64,000 nt of DNA, from positions 739 to 64,738 of the IMG/VR virus record IMGVR_UViG_3300034104_001007. The stretch is one strand, 5' to 3'. Of this stretch, positions 39,271-48,661 are shown in pieces; position 1 is the stretch's first letter, and each line of letters begins with the position of its first letter. This stretch comes from a virus (lineage: Duplodnaviria > Caudoviricetes). The notes below the pieces were generated by a model. It saw only the letters and a list, made by a program, of their open reading frames with translations, had not been told where the DNA came from and searched no databases. Position numbers and translations under genes: made by a program.

Positions 39271-39284
39271 CCTTAATTAAGAAC

Positions 39285-39935
39285 CTATTTAGTTTCTGTT
39301 TCGGCATCTAACACGATGCCGTCATCTGATGCTAACGCCTTGATTTTGGCCACGCGGTTTTGCGCTTTTTTGTTGTCTTTAAATTCTAGTGAATTTAAAT
39401 ACATTGCCTTAACCAATTTTTCGTGAATTTCAGCTGGTGTTGGCTCTTCTTTTTCGCCGTTGATAGCGGCGCGCGCACCTTTCAGAATGTAGCTAATGTT
39501 TGGCTCGGTCTCGCGTTTTGCCGTTTTGCCTTTTGCATTCCAAAAAACTAAGGCATCAAATTTGTGATTTGTTTCGGCCTCGCGGATTTTGGCAATGTTG
39601 TTAAACATTTGATAAAGCGCGCCATAGCCTGCTGTTTTGGCTGTTGGGATTTTTACGCGGTCTTTTACGGCCGCGGCCTTGTTGCTAGCCTTTACGCTTT
39701 CCTGAAAGCCTTTGAAAGTAGGCAATTCCGCACCGCTAAACAAGGCCATAATGGCGTTATGTTCTACTGTTGCGCCTACCTTGCCCGCTTGCTGGGCTTC
39801 GTTATAATCAAACGCTTTTGTTTCAACAGCGCGCTGGGTTGTTTCGTTTACATAATACATTTGTTGCACAGCCTTAGTGGCTGTTGTGTTGCGAGGTGCG
39901 CGAGGTGCGCGGGTTTTAACTGATTGTGTAGTCAT
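39285..39935 (-). CDS. first early gene, hypothetical protein
   Basis: 216 aa with own promoter, GGAG RBS and terminator. Confidence 0.75.
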   Translation of the reverse strand: MTTQSVKTRAPRAPRNTTATKAVQQMYYVNETTQRAVETKAFDYNEAQQAGKVGATVEHNAIMALFSGAELPTFKGFQESVKASNKAAAVKDRVKIPTAKTAGYGALYQMFNNIAKIREAETNHKFDALVFWNAKGKTAKRETEPNISYILKGARAAINGEKEEPTPAEIHEKLVKAMYLNSLEFKDNKKAQNRVAKIKALASDDGIVLDAETETK

Positions 39936-39985
39936 TTTCTATTCTCCAATTAGGTAGGCGCGTCGCGCCCTTGAACCTGACAACC

Positions 39986-40013
39986 ATTATACTGGATTTT
40001 CTAAGAAAAGCAA
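39986..40013 (-). promoter_or_regulatory. sigma70 early promoter
   Basis: TTGCTT-16nt-TATAAT on the - strand. Confidence 0.65.
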
Positions 40014-40024
40014 GGATTTTCTAG

Positions 40025-40238
40025 CCCTACCGCGCCCCTCACCCCCTACCCCCCAAAACTAAAATGGGTCCCATCTGCGCGCTAGTGCGCTCTATTCCAC
40101 ACAAATAATCACCAATATTTTCAAAATCGCACCTCGTTTTCACAAGGAACACCCCCCGTCAGCCAAAAAAGACCCCCACCCCCCATATAAATTTTGCGGT
40201 ATATATGAAAAACGCGCTATAGGGAACACCCCCCGTCA
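40025..40238. repeat. C-tract region with a 16-bp direct repeat, putative packaging/terminus region
   Basis: GGAACACCCCCCGTCA at 40146 and 40223; several C4-C6 runs; lies between divergent early and late promoters. Confidence 0.6.
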
Positions 40239-40246
40239 CAAATAGA

Positions 40247-40275
40247 TTGCCTTTACCCAAAAAATTTGCTATATT
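40247..40275 (+). promoter_or_regulatory. promoter of the terminase/late operon
   Basis: TTGCCT-17nt-TATATT with extended TG. Confidence 0.6.
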
Positions 40276-40309
40276 CCCCCCACATTTGCTGATAACCCTT
40301 TGGTAACTA

Positions 40310-40909
40310 ATGCAAAACATGAATGAACTACTGGATTACAGTCCAGACGAACCCGAATTATTTATTCCTGCCCTTGAACGGGTCGACGAAGACGACATAC
40401 TCTTCGCTAAAGAACTTACCTACCGTGAGGAAATCAGAGCACGAGCAAGGTCAGCACTAGAACTCATGCAACATGGCATGCAGATTGACGACACCCCCGA
40501 AACTGACAAGATAGCCACTGCGGTATTCTCAGAAAAGCAAGAACTTGGTGCTAATAGAGAGAAACCAGACGTGATTTTGCGACTCGAAGCATTAATGACG
40601 GAGTATGACCACGAGGTTGTGCAGGATGTGGTGCAGGTTCGTCGGTTTATCATGAACAGATTGATGGAAGAGTCCCAACTTGGGACTAAATCGAGTGAAA
40701 GACTGAAGGCATTAGAGCTTTTAGGTAAAGTAACCGAGGTTGGCATGTTCACGGAACGCCAAGAAATCACAATTACCCATAAATCCACGGAAGAATTAGA
40801 GCAGGAACTCGAGAAAACATTGACGCTACTGCTAAATCCAGATACACAGACATACGAACCATCCCCAAAGGACGTAAAACCCATTAAAGACATAAAGATT
40901 AATCTCTAA
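40310..40909 (+). CDS. terminase small subunit (putative)
   Basis: Directly upstream of the large terminase; RLKALELLGK...GMFTER motif. Confidence 0.7.
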   Translation: MQNMNELLDYSPDEPELFIPALERVDEDDILFAKELTYREEIRARARSALELMQHGMQIDDTPETDKIATAVFSEKQELGANREKPDVILRLEALMTEYDHEVVQDVVQVRRFIMNRLMEESQLGTKSSERLKALELLGKVTEVGMFTERQEITITHKSTEELEQELEKTLTLLLNPDTQTYEPSPKDVKPIKDIKINL

Positions 40910-42433
40910 ATGAAGTTTACTCCTGAACAGTTGGTGCAGATTAAGGCAAACATCCACAAGTTACCCCCAGATAAGAAGGGTAAAGCCTTAGAAATACTAA
41001 AAGAACTACAAGCCCGTGGCGAAAACAAGATTGCTCACACCAATTTCTTGGATTTCGTTAAAAAAGTGTGGCCGGCATGCATACTGGGTAGGCATCACAT
41101 CATCATGGCGCAGAAATTTGAGGCGGTAGCCAAGGGTGAGATAAAAAGATTAGCCATATCACTCCCACCACGACACACGAAATCAGAGTTTGCGTCATAC
41201 TTACTACCGGCATGGTTCCTTGGTAACTACCCAGAGAAGAAAATCATGCAGGCGTCACACACCGGAGAGCTAGCGGTTAACTTCGGTCGTAAAGTACGTA
41301 ACTTAATTGACTCAGAAATATACAAAGAGATATTCAGGGACGTCACACTGCAGACCGACTCTAAAGCTGCGGGTAGGTGGGGTACGAACAGAGGTGGGGT
41401 ATATAACGCCCTCGGTGTTGGCGCCGGTGCAGCCGGTATGGGTGCGGACATATTCATAATCGATGACCCCCACAACGAGCAGGACATCATTAACGGGAAC
41501 TTAGATGTTTTCGATAAGGCATGGGAATGGTATCAGTCAGGTCCACGTCAACGGCTACAACCAGGCGGCGGTATCATCGTGGTTCACACACGCTGGTCGA
41601 AGAAAGACTTGATTGGCAGACTGCTAGACTACGCAGAGAAGAACCCAGAAGCTGACCAGTGGGAATACATTGAGTTTCCAGCTATTGTTGGCGAGGATAC
41701 AGACGAGGAAGAGTCGTTGTGGCCAGAGTTCTGGCCGCTACCAGAGCTGCAAAAGATAAAGAACACCATCAGTCCACACTTGTGGAACGCGCAGTACATG
41801 CAATCACCGACGTCAGAAGGTGGGGCACTGATTAAAAAGAATTGGTGGCAGATATGGGATAAGGAGTCACCACCCCACTGTGAGTTTGTGATTATGTCAT
41901 TGGACGCGGCACAAGAGGCGACAAATCGTTCTGACTATAATGCCTTGACAACTTGGGGAGTTTTCTTTAACGAAGAAGTCAATAATTATAATATAATATT
42001 GCTAAATTCAATTAAAAAGCGTATGGAGTTTCCAGAACTGAAGCAAATGGTACTGGAAGAGTATAAAGAATGGCAGCCAGACGCCTTCATGGTTGAAAAG
42101 AAATCTAACGGAGCGGCGTTATATCAAGAGCTTCGTAGGATGGGTGTCCCCGCAGGGGAATTCACTCCAGGAAAAGGGCAAGACAAGATAAGCCGGGTCA
42201 ACGCGGTGACAGACTTGTTTTCTTCTGGTATTGTGTGGGCTCCTGATAGACGTTGGGCTAGAGAAGTAATCGACGAGTGCAGTGACTTTCCTAATGGCGA
42301 GCACGATGACTTGGTCGACTCTACTACTTTGGCGCTAATACGATTCAGGCAGGGTGGCTTTATTAAACTACCAAGCGATGAACCAGATGATGATGTACTA
42401 TACAGGTACAAGAAAAAGGCCGCATACTATTAA
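40910..42433 (+). CDS. terL: terminase large subunit
   Basis: PPRHTKS Walker A, IIDDPH Walker B, HTRW, C-terminal nuclease with HDDLVDS. Confidence 0.95.
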   Translation: MKFTPEQLVQIKANIHKLPPDKKGKALEILKELQARGENKIAHTNFLDFVKKVWPACILGRHHIIMAQKFEAVAKGEIKRLAISLPPRHTKSEFASYLLPAWFLGNYPEKKIMQASHTGELAVNFGRKVRNLIDSEIYKEIFRDVTLQTDSKAAGRWGTNRGGVYNALGVGAGAAGMGADIFIIDDPHNEQDIINGNLDVFDKAWEWYQSGPRQRLQPGGGIIVVHTRWSKKDLIGRLLDYAEKNPEADQWEYIEFPAIVGEDTDEEESLWPEFWPLPELQKIKNTISPHLWNAQYMQSPTSEGGALIKKNWWQIWDKESPPHCEFVIMSLDAAQEATNRSDYNALTTWGVFFNEEVNNYNIILLNSIKKRMEFPELKQMVLEEYKEWQPDAFMVEKKSNGAALYQELRRMGVPAGEFTPGKGQDKISRVNAVTDLFSSGIVWAPDRRWAREVIDECSDFPNGEHDDLVDSTTLALIRFRQGGFIKLPSDEPDDDVLYRYKKKAAYY

Positions 42434-42444
42434 AAGGTTAAGTT

Positions 42445-43365
42445 ATGGCAGGAATAGATGATATCATAAATAAACATCCGTCATTAGCGCCAATAGCTAA
42501 TTTCATAGGCATGCGCAAGCAAGTTGAAGTTCCAGCGGAATTGCCGGATGCAGATTTAAGTGAATATGGTGGAGTATTAAGTAAAGCTAATTATAAAGAT
42601 ACTAATCCTTTATTTGGTATTCCTAAATCTACATTACCTAAACAATTACCAACTTCAATTCCTGTATATAGAGCAGACCCCGAAGGAAAATACGGCGGAA
42701 AAAACGGACTTGAAACGTTACCACAATCTCGGTTTCTTAAAGGTGGAGACCAACATTGGGAACAAACTAATGACCCTAATAAGGCTTCGGCATACAATAA
42801 TTCGGAAAAAGCCATACAACAATTGTACAATTACGCTAGATTAAATGGTGCAGCACAGAAGTACGGATATCCAGCTTTATCACCCGAGGAAGCCGCAGCA
42901 TTTGTATTAAAAGAAGGCCGAGCTGATTTAGGCCATAACTATGTCGCAGCTGGAAATAAAGCAGAAAAAGCGTTTGAGAAAACACTTATGGATACCTACA
43001 ATCTATCAAAAAGCGATGCAAATTTTTTAACAGCTTTGTATATTAAAAAACAAACAGCAGATAGATTAAAGATTCCATTAGCAGAAGCTTGGAATGGCAC
43101 AGGAGTTAATGAACTTGGGCAAACAGGAAAAGATTACGCGAGTAATTATCAACACCATTTAAACGCAGCGCGACACCCTAAAAATGCTCAATTATATGCG
43201 ATAATACAACAAGGTATAGCCGACGGGTATAAACATGGGTTACCGTTAAAGAAAAATGCGGTACAGGATTCATTAAGTCATACAAAAGAAGAAAAGTATA
43301 AAAAAGGTGGCAAAGTTAAATTGCCTAGTGGACATAAAAAGGGCGGAAGCTCAAGTTTAATTTAA
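42445..43365 (+). CDS. hypothetical virion cargo protein, possibly lysozyme/transglycosylase-like, with C-terminal KKGG motifs
   Basis: Lies between terL and portal; LKEG...AEAWNGTG...YA; ends YKKGGKV...HKKGGS. Confidence 0.55.
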   Translation: MAGIDDIINKHPSLAPIANFIGMRKQVEVPAELPDADLSEYGGVLSKANYKDTNPLFGIPKSTLPKQLPTSIPVYRADPEGKYGGKNGLETLPQSRFLKGGDQHWEQTNDPNKASAYNNSEKAIQQLYNYARLNGAAQKYGYPALSPEEAAAFVLKEGRADLGHNYVAAGNKAEKAFEKTLMDTYNLSKSDANFLTALYIKKQTADRLKIPLAEAWNGTGVNELGQTGKDYASNYQHHLNAARHPKNAQLYAIIQQGIADGYKHGLPLKKNAVQDSLSHTKEEKYKKGGKVKLPSGHKKGGSSSLI

Positions 43366-43375
43366 GGATTAAGAC

Positions 43376-45979
43376 ATGGCAATTGACAAAAGTTTATCAC
43401 AAGCCCCACAAGGACTTGACCAATTAGATGAGTTAGATAATAGCCCAGCTCTGGAAATTGAGATTGAGGACCCAGAAAGCGTCACTATTGGCGTGGATGG
43501 CAAACCTATTCTTACTATTGAAGAAGAGATAGACGAGGATGCGTTCAATGAGAACTTAGCGGAAAGCATCGATGAGCGTGTCTTAGCAACCCTAGCGTCA
43601 GAACTTATTGGTGACTTTGAGAACGATGTGTCTTCTCGTAAGGATTGGATACAGACTTATGTTGATGGCCTAGAGCTATTAGGATTAAAGATTGAAGAAC
43701 GCAGTGAACCTTGGGAAGGCGCATGTGGTGTGTATCACCCGCTATTGAGCGAAGCCGTCGTTAAGTTCCAAGCAGAGACAATGATGGAAACGTTCCCAGC
43801 TATGGGTCCGGTAAAGACCGAGATTATCGGTAAAGAAACACAAGAGAAGAAAGAAGCTGCACAACGAGTTCAAGATGACATGAACTATCAGCTGACAGAT
43901 GTAATGAAGGAATACCGCCCTGAGCACGAGCGTATGTTGTGGGGCCTAGGTTTAGCAGGTAACGCCTTTAAGAAGGTGTATTTTGACCCATCACTAGACC
44001 GTCAAGTATCTATGTATGTGCCAGCAGAAGATGTGGTGGTTCCATACGGCGCATCCAGCTTAGAGTCAGCAGAGCGCATTACCCATGTAATGAGGAAATC
44101 AAGCAACGATATCCGTCGATTACAACATGAAGGCTTCTACCGTGACGTCGAGTTAGGTGAGCCAGCAATGGTTATGGACGAGGTAGAGAAGAAGATTGCT
44201 GAGAAGTTAGGCTTCCGCGCTACTACCGATGACCGCTTTAAGCTATTAGAAATGCATGTTGACCTTGTGTTAGAGGGCGATGAGCATGTGGATGACGACG
44301 GCGAGCCAACAGGTATTGCACAACCGTACATTGTTACTATAGAAAAAGGCACTACCACTATATTAGCTATCCGCCGTAACTGGAGACCGGACGATGACCG
44401 CCAACAAAAACGCAATCACTTCGTTCATTATGGATATATTCCTGGGTTTGGTTTCTACTGTTTTGGGCTTATCCATCTTATTGGGGCTTTTGCTAAGTCT
44501 GGCACTTCTCTTATTCGCCAGCTTGTTGATGCAGGTACACTATCTAATCTACCGGGCGGTTTTAAAACTCGTGGCTTACGTGTAAAAGGCGATGATACTC
44601 CTATTGCCCCAGGTGAGTTCCGTGATGTAGATGTACCATCAGGCACTATGCGTGACAACATCATGCCACTACCATACAAAGAGCCTTCACAAGTTCTTAT
44701 GGGCTTATTAGGCCAAATCGTAGAAGAAGGTCGTAAGTTTGCTGGCGCAGCTGAACTACAAATGTCGGACATGTCAGCTAATGCCCCAGTAGGTACAACC
44801 CTAGCGGTATTGGAAAGAACATTGAAAATGATGAGTGCAATTCAAGCACGTATTCATTACTCAATGAAACAAGAGTTCCGTTTACTTAAAGACATCATCC
44901 GTGACTACACACCAGAAGAGTACAGCTACGAGCCATCAGAAGGCGACCGCCGTGCTAAACAGGCTGATTACGACATGGTTTCAGTTATACCTGTATCTGA
45001 CCCTAATGCAGCTACAATGGCTCAGAAAGTGGTTCAATACCAAGCAGTTCTACAGTTAGCACAATCAGCACCGCAACTATATGACATGCCGTTATTACAT
45101 CGTCAGATGTTAGACGTATTAGGCATTAAGAACTATCAGAAACTTGTCCCATCACAAGACGATATGAAACCGCGTGACCCAGTCACAGAGAATCAAAACA
45201 TCTTACAAAACAAACCAGTTAAAGCGTTCTTATACCAAGACCATCAAGCGCATATCGCCGTGCACATGGCCGCAGCGCAGGACCCGCATATACAGCAATT
45301 AGTTAGCCAAAACCCACAAATGGCACAAGCTATTCAAGGCGCGTTATCTGCTCATATCGCAGAACACTTGGGTTATGAGTATCGCAAACAAATTGAGCAA
45401 ACAATGCAACAAGCGTTACCGTCATACAGTCAACCAGGGCAAACCGAAGACGACAATCAAATTGGTATTCCACAAGAGATTGAAGTTCAAGTGTCTCAAT
45501 TGGCAGCTAAAGCCGCTCAACAGATATTGGCACAGAAACAACAACAGGCTCAACAAGCTCAAGCGCAGCAACAAGCACAAGACCCAATTATCCAAATGCA
45601 ACAGCAAGAGGTTCAAATTAAAGCTCAAGATTTGGAACGTAAAGCGAAGAAAGACGCCGACGACTTTGCTATTAAGCAAGCACAGTTGGCTGTGGAACGC
45701 GAACGAATTGCTGCACAACAAGAAACAGCTGGCGCTCAAATGGTAATTAAAGCGCAGGAAAGCAGACAAAAACTTGCCCATTCAGGCGAAGCAGAAGGCG
45801 CTCGTATGGGGATGGACATACATAAATACCGTATGAATTTACAACAACAACGTGAAAACGCGACTAATCAAGCTGAACATCAACGTAAGCTAGAAGAGAT
45901 GCGTCAAAACGTACAACAAAAACTAGCGGAATCTTCCGCACAACCCAAACCAAAACCAAAACCACAGAAAGGTGAGTAA
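43376..45979 (+). CDS. portal protein
   Basis: Follows terL; EPWEGACGVYHPLL, GFYCFGLIHLIG, LVDAGTLSNLP; Gln-rich tail. Confidence 0.85.
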   Translation: MAIDKSLSQAPQGLDQLDELDNSPALEIEIEDPESVTIGVDGKPILTIEEEIDEDAFNENLAESIDERVLATLASELIGDFENDVSSRKDWIQTYVDGLELLGLKIEERSEPWEGACGVYHPLLSEAVVKFQAETMMETFPAMGPVKTEIIGKETQEKKEAAQRVQDDMNYQLTDVMKEYRPEHERMLWGLGLAGNAFKKVYFDPSLDRQVSMYVPAEDVVVPYGASSLESAERITHVMRKSSNDIRRLQHEGFYRDVELGEPAMVMDEVEKKIAEKLGFRATTDDRFKLLEMHVDLVLEGDEHVDDDGEPTGIAQPYIVTIEKGTTTILAIRRNWRPDDDRQQKRNHFVHYGYIPGFGFYCFGLIHLIGAFAKSGTSLIRQLVDAGTLSNLPGGFKTRGLRVKGDDTPIAPGEFRDVDVPSGTMRDNIMPLPYKEPSQVLMGLLGQIVEEGRKFAGAAELQMSDMSANAPVGTTLAVLERTLKMMSAIQARIHYSMKQEFRLLKDIIRDYTPEEYSYEPSEGDRRAKQADYDMVSVIPVSDPNAATMAQKVVQYQAVLQLAQSAPQLYDMPLLHRQMLDVLGIKNYQKLVPSQDDMKPRDPVTENQNILQNKPVKAFLYQDHQAHIAVHMAAAQDPHIQQLVSQNPQMAQAIQGALSAHIAEHLGYEYRKQIEQTMQQALPSYSQPGQTEDDNQIGIPQEIEVQVSQLAAKAAQQILAQKQQQAQQAQAQQQAQDPIIQMQQQEVQIKAQDLERKAKKDADDFAIKQAQLAVERERIAAQQETAGAQMVIKAQESRQKLAHSGEAEGARMGMDIHKYRMNLQQQRENATNQAEHQRKLEEMRQNVQQKLAESSAQPKPKPKPQKGE

Positions 45980-46170
45980 TGGACAAAATATTCGACGTTC
46001 TACTATCAGAATACAAAGACCGAATGGACATGCTATCAGACGCATTGCTACGCGGTAATTGTCCAACCATAGAAGAATATAGATACATATGCGGTCAGCT
46101 ACGAGGTCTCGAAGCTGCATGTGCCATAATTGCAGACCTCAAACATAGACAGGAGCACTCGGATGAGTAA
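45979..46170 (+). CDS. small conserved head-module protein
   Basis: EYRYICGQLRGL motif; coupled to the portal gene. Confidence 0.65.
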   Translation: MDKIFDVLLSEYKDRMDMLSDALLRGNCPTIEEYRYICGQLRGLEAACAIIADLKHRQEHSDE

Positions 46171-46597
46171 CCTTAACTCAGCCCAAGCTATTGACCTTTC
46201 GGGGATAGTTAGCAAGGCGAGACAAGAAGCAGCAATAGAGTTAGAAGAAGGTGATAAAGAAAAAGCAGCCCAACTACCAAAACCAACTGGGTACCATATT
46301 CTTTGCGCAATTCCAGAAATGGAAAAGGAATTTGAAAGCGGCTTAGCAAAAGCCGATATGACGATTCAACGCGAGGAAACACTAACTACAGTCCTATTTG
46401 TAGTAGACCTTGGCCCAGATTGTTATGCCGACCAGGAAAAGTTCCCAACAGGTCCTTGGTGCAAGAAAGGCGATTTTGTACTTATTCGTCCTAATTCTGG
46501 CAGTCGACTGTTAATACACGGTCGTGAATTCCGTTTAATCAATGATGATACCGTAGAGGCAGTAGTAGATGACCCGCGTGGTATCAGCCGTAAATAA
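46163..46597 (+). CDS. groES: GroES-like co-chaperonin
   Basis: LPKPTGYHIL...VVDLGPD...GDFVL...FRLINDDTVEAVV matches the cpn10 pattern. Confidence 0.8.
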   Translation: MSNLNSAQAIDLSGIVSKARQEAAIELEEGDKEKAAQLPKPTGYHILCAIPEMEKEFESGLAKADMTIQREETLTTVLFVVDLGPDCYADQEKFPTGPWCKKGDFVLIRPNSGSRLLIHGREFRLINDDTVEAVVDDPRGISRK

Positions 46598-46608
46598 AGG
46601 AAACAATA

Positions 46609-47577
46609 ATGACTAAACCAAATTTTAAAAAAGATGAGTTTGCATTTCCGGACGAAATCGAAGATAACATAGAAATTGAAGTAGAAGGTGACGAAGTTGA
46701 CATTGAAGTTGTCGACGATACTCCTGAAGATGACCGCAACGTTGAACCACTAACTGAAGACGTTGTAGAAGAATTAGAGACCGCAGACGAAAAAGCTGAG
46801 TATTCTAAGAACGTTAAAACCAAGTTTAAACAATACAAGAAAGCTTGGCATGACGAACGTCGTGAAAAAGAAGCAGCTTTACGGGAGCAACAAGAAGCCT
46901 TAACAATGGCCCAAAAGATTTTAGACGAGAACAAGCGTTTAAAAACTATGTTGCAATCTGGCGAAAAAGAATTAATAACCACATATCAAACTTCAGCTGA
47001 CTTAGAGCTAGAAAAAGCCAAACGAAACTACAAAGAAGCCTATGATTCAGGCGATTCTGACAAGTTATTAGAGGCTCAGGAAGAAATGTTAGCTGCATCT
47101 TTTAAAGTAGATAAAGCAAAAAATTTCAAACCTACTGTACAAGTCGAAGAAAATGATGTACAAATAGCACATAAACAGGTCCAACAACCTCAAATGGATT
47201 CCAAAACAGCTGAATGGCTGACGGAAAACCCTTGGTTTGTAGACCCGGATAAAGATTACATGAGTGCATTTGCTCGTCGAGTGCATAATAAGTTAGCTGA
47301 GCAATATGGCCAATCCTACGTAGGGACTGATGCATATTACAAAGCAATCAACAAAGAAGTACAACGCAAATTCCCCGACGAATTTGACGACATTGAACCA
47401 CAAAACGATGAGCCTAAAGCTCAACGCACACAAAAACTTAGCACGGTTGTCGCTCCAGCTAAACGGAGTACCGCCTCAAAGAAAGTGGTTTTAACAAGAA
47501 CGCAGATAGCTTTGGCAAAAAGATTTAATCTTACCCCTGAGCAATATGCTCGTGAACTAACTAAATTGGAGGCATAA
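46609..47577 (+). CDS. capsid scaffold protein (putative)
   Basis: Acidic N-terminus, long coiled coil, C-terminal LT..Q.ALAKR..LT.EQYA. Confidence 0.7.
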   Translation: MTKPNFKKDEFAFPDEIEDNIEIEVEGDEVDIEVVDDTPEDDRNVEPLTEDVVEELETADEKAEYSKNVKTKFKQYKKAWHDERREKEAALREQQEALTMAQKILDENKRLKTMLQSGEKELITTYQTSADLELEKAKRNYKEAYDSGDSDKLLEAQEEMLAASFKVDKAKNFKPTVQVEENDVQIAHKQVQQPQMDSKTAEWLTENPWFVDPDKDYMSAFARRVHNKLAEQYGQSYVGTDAYYKAINKEVQRKFPDEFDDIEPQNDEPKAQRTQKLSTVVAPAKRSTASKKVVLTRTQIALAKRFNLTPEQYARELTKLEA

Positions 47578-47581
47578 TAAA

Positions 47582-48031
47582 ATGGCTGAAAACAGAACAC
47601 CCCGTGAAATTCAAACTCGTATCGCTGATGAGCGCCCTAAGCAGTGGCAAGCTCCTGAACTCTTACCAGAGCCAGATAAACAATCAGGTTACGCGTACAG
47701 ATGGATTCGTGTTTCAACTCTAAATAATGCAGACCCACGTAACCTATCAGGCAAATTGCGTGAAGGCTGGGAACCTGTAAAAGTTGAAGAACAACCTAAA
47801 TTCCAACTGCTAATCGACCCGAATAGTCGTTTTAAAGACAATATCGAAATCGGTGGATTATTATTATGCAAGACTCCAGAAGAGTTTGTGCAGCAACGTA
47901 CGGACCATTATACGAAGCAAACACAAGCGCAAACAGAGGCTGTAGATAATAATCTTATGCGCCAAAGTGACCCTAGAATGCCTATTTTCCAAGAACGAAA
48001 ATCCTCTAGCTCATTTGGCAAAGGTAGTTAA
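47582..48031 (+). CDS. conserved head-module protein
   Basis: YRWIRVS...KLREGWEPV...GGLLLCK motif. Confidence 0.7.
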   Translation: MAENRTPREIQTRIADERPKQWQAPELLPEPDKQSGYAYRWIRVSTLNNADPRNLSGKLREGWEPVKVEEQPKFQLLIDPNSRFKDNIEIGGLLLCKTPEEFVQQRTDHYTKQTQAQTEAVDNNLMRQSDPRMPIFQERKSSSSFGKGS

Positions 48032-48055
48032 TTTTAATTTTATTAGGAGATTTAT

Positions 48056-48646
48056 ATGGCATATCCAACCGTATCCGCTCCCTATGGCTTTAAACCGATT
48101 AACCGTTTAGATGGCTTACCATACGCAGGTGCTGTTCGTCAGTACCCTGTAACATCAGGTCAAGCAATCTACAATGGTCAACCAGTTGTATTAGTTATAG
48201 GCGGCACAGTATCAGGTGATTCAGATTTAACAGCAGGTGTTATTCTTGGCGTTGCAGTAGGTGTTCAATACACAAACTCATCTGGTCAAACAGTACAAGC
48301 GCAATACGCACCAGCTTCAGGCGTAACTAACGTTATCGCTTATGTAGTTGATGACCCATTTGCGTTATACAAAGTAGCACTTACAGGTAACAACTCAACC
48401 ATTACAGCTGCAGGCAAAAACATCGTCGGCACAAACGTAACAGGTATTGTTGGTACTCCTGATGCAAATACTGGTAACGCAACTTCATCTATATTTGGCG
48501 CTTCAGCTGCTGTTACAGCAACTTTCCCGTTCCGTGTAGTAAGTGTAGTTCCAGAAACAGCGACAGGCGCAGATGCATTCGTAGAATGTATTGTTAAGCT
48601 TAACTTGTCACAACTTCTATCAACCACTGGCCTTGCTGCCGCCTAA
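48056..48646 (+). CDS. capsid decoration/cement-like protein (putative)
   Basis: Beta-rich, directly upstream of the major capsid gene; strong AGGAG RBS. Confidence 0.6.
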   Translation: MAYPTVSAPYGFKPINRLDGLPYAGAVRQYPVTSGQAIYNGQPVVLVIGGTVSGDSDLTAGVILGVAVGVQYTNSSGQTVQAQYAPASGVTNVIAYVVDDPFALYKVALTGNNSTITAAGKNIVGTNVTGIVGTPDANTGNATSSIFGASAAVTATFPFRVVSVVPETATGADAFVECIVKLNLSQLLSTTGLAAA

Positions 48647-48661
48647 TTAAGGAGATAATAT

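Larger units (their letters stand above)
32385..39284. repeat. dispersed 16-bp palindrome GTTCTTA-N2-TAAGAAC
   Basis: Exact copies at 33505, 37421, 37924, 38837, 38928; variants at 32385, 35489, 38399, 39269. Confidence 0.85.

Noticed and set aside
32385-39284. Palindrome copies as a CRISPR array working with the Cas4-like nuclease
   Set aside because: Repeats are 16 bp and irregularly spaced from ~90 bp to 2 kb, with no spacer periodicity; the Cas4-like gene is a normal phage replication-module exonuclease.
46163-46597. GroES as a novel auxiliary gene
   Set aside because: Co-chaperonins in head modules are common in aquatic phages; annotated but not novel.
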